Positions 56,820 to 57,405 of a stretch of 57,405 bases of DNA are shown piece after piece (the first letter of the stretch is position 1; each line of letters starts with the position of its first letter). Below the pieces are notes generated by a model, which saw nothing but the letters and a program-made list of their open reading frames with translations, was not told where the DNA came from and did no database searches. This DNA is from Schmidtea nova (lineage: Eukaryota): the NCBI GenBank assembly GCA_044892505.1, contig CM097882.1:230956596-231014000 (forward strand), read 5' to 3'. The position numbers were made by a program, and so were the translations under genes.

Positions 56820-57405
56820 TAAAGGATTTTTACTCTGGTTATTTTGAATAGGAATTTCAACTCCGAGATTTTCTAGAGCAAAAAGGGACTCTGGGGTTTT
56901 TGTACAGGAATTTTTGATCTGGATTTTTGAATACAATATTTTTGTATAAGACTTTTAGTCCTATTATTTTGAATAGGATTTTCAACTCCGAGATTTTCTC
57001 GGGCAAAAAGGGACTCTGGATTTTTTGTACAGGGAATTTTTATACATGAATTTTTGGTCTGGTATTTTTTGTATAGGATTTTTAGTCCTATTATTTTGAA
57101 TAGGATTTTCAACTCCCATATTTTTCTCAGGCAAAAAGGGACTCTGATAATTTTGAACTGAAATTTTAATGGTAAATAAAAAACACGTGTAAATTTTTTA
57201 AATAAGTAAATTATCATTAAAGTATTTTGTATATGATTTTCTACTCCCAGATATTTTCTAGGGCAAAAACTAGACTCTGGTAATTTTGAACTGAAATTTT
57301 ATTGGTAAATAAAAAACACGTGTAAATTTTAAAACTAGTAAAATACATTGAAATTATTTTGAATAGGATTTTCAACTCCGAGATTTTTATCGGGCAAAAA
57401 GGGAC
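56820..57405. repeat. Satellite-like tandem repeat, ~125-130-bp period
   Basis: ttttgaataggattttcaactcc recurs near 56842, 56967, 57094 and 57357. Confidence 0.8.

Overview
AT-rich animal (invertebrate-like) genomic DNA with several N gaps and no confidently identifiable host gene. 1.3-7.6 kb is a palindromic cluster of Penelope-like retroelement (PLE; RT + GIY-YIG) copies whose termini carry minimal hammerhead ribozymes. 7602 to about 36224 is a very young-looking giant (~28.6 kb) Ty3/gypsy LTR retroelement with 3.3-kb LTRs and a tRNA-Pro primer site. Its main frame (13467-28907, ~5,150 codons, one internal TGA) reads Gag - ubiquitin-like modules - AT-hook - Bcl-2-like domain - internal signal peptide - chuvirus-type fusion glycoprotein - TM - PR-RT-RH-IN - duplicated ankyrin module - second signal peptide - FN3-like ectodomain - TM. 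It also carries stand-alone IAP-type RING, TRAF, coiled-coil and membrane-protein genes, plus two genes inside each LTR. Each small gene is preceded by a YAG acceptor-like site. This looks like an enveloped, virus-like retroelement carrying a cell-death/TNF-NF-kB modulation toolkit. The last 21 kb holds a short related LTR, hAT MITEs with 8-bp TSDs, PLE end fragments, decayed Polinton-like and gypsy remnants, foldback and satellite repeats. All domain calls come from motifs recognised by eye; no database search was run.
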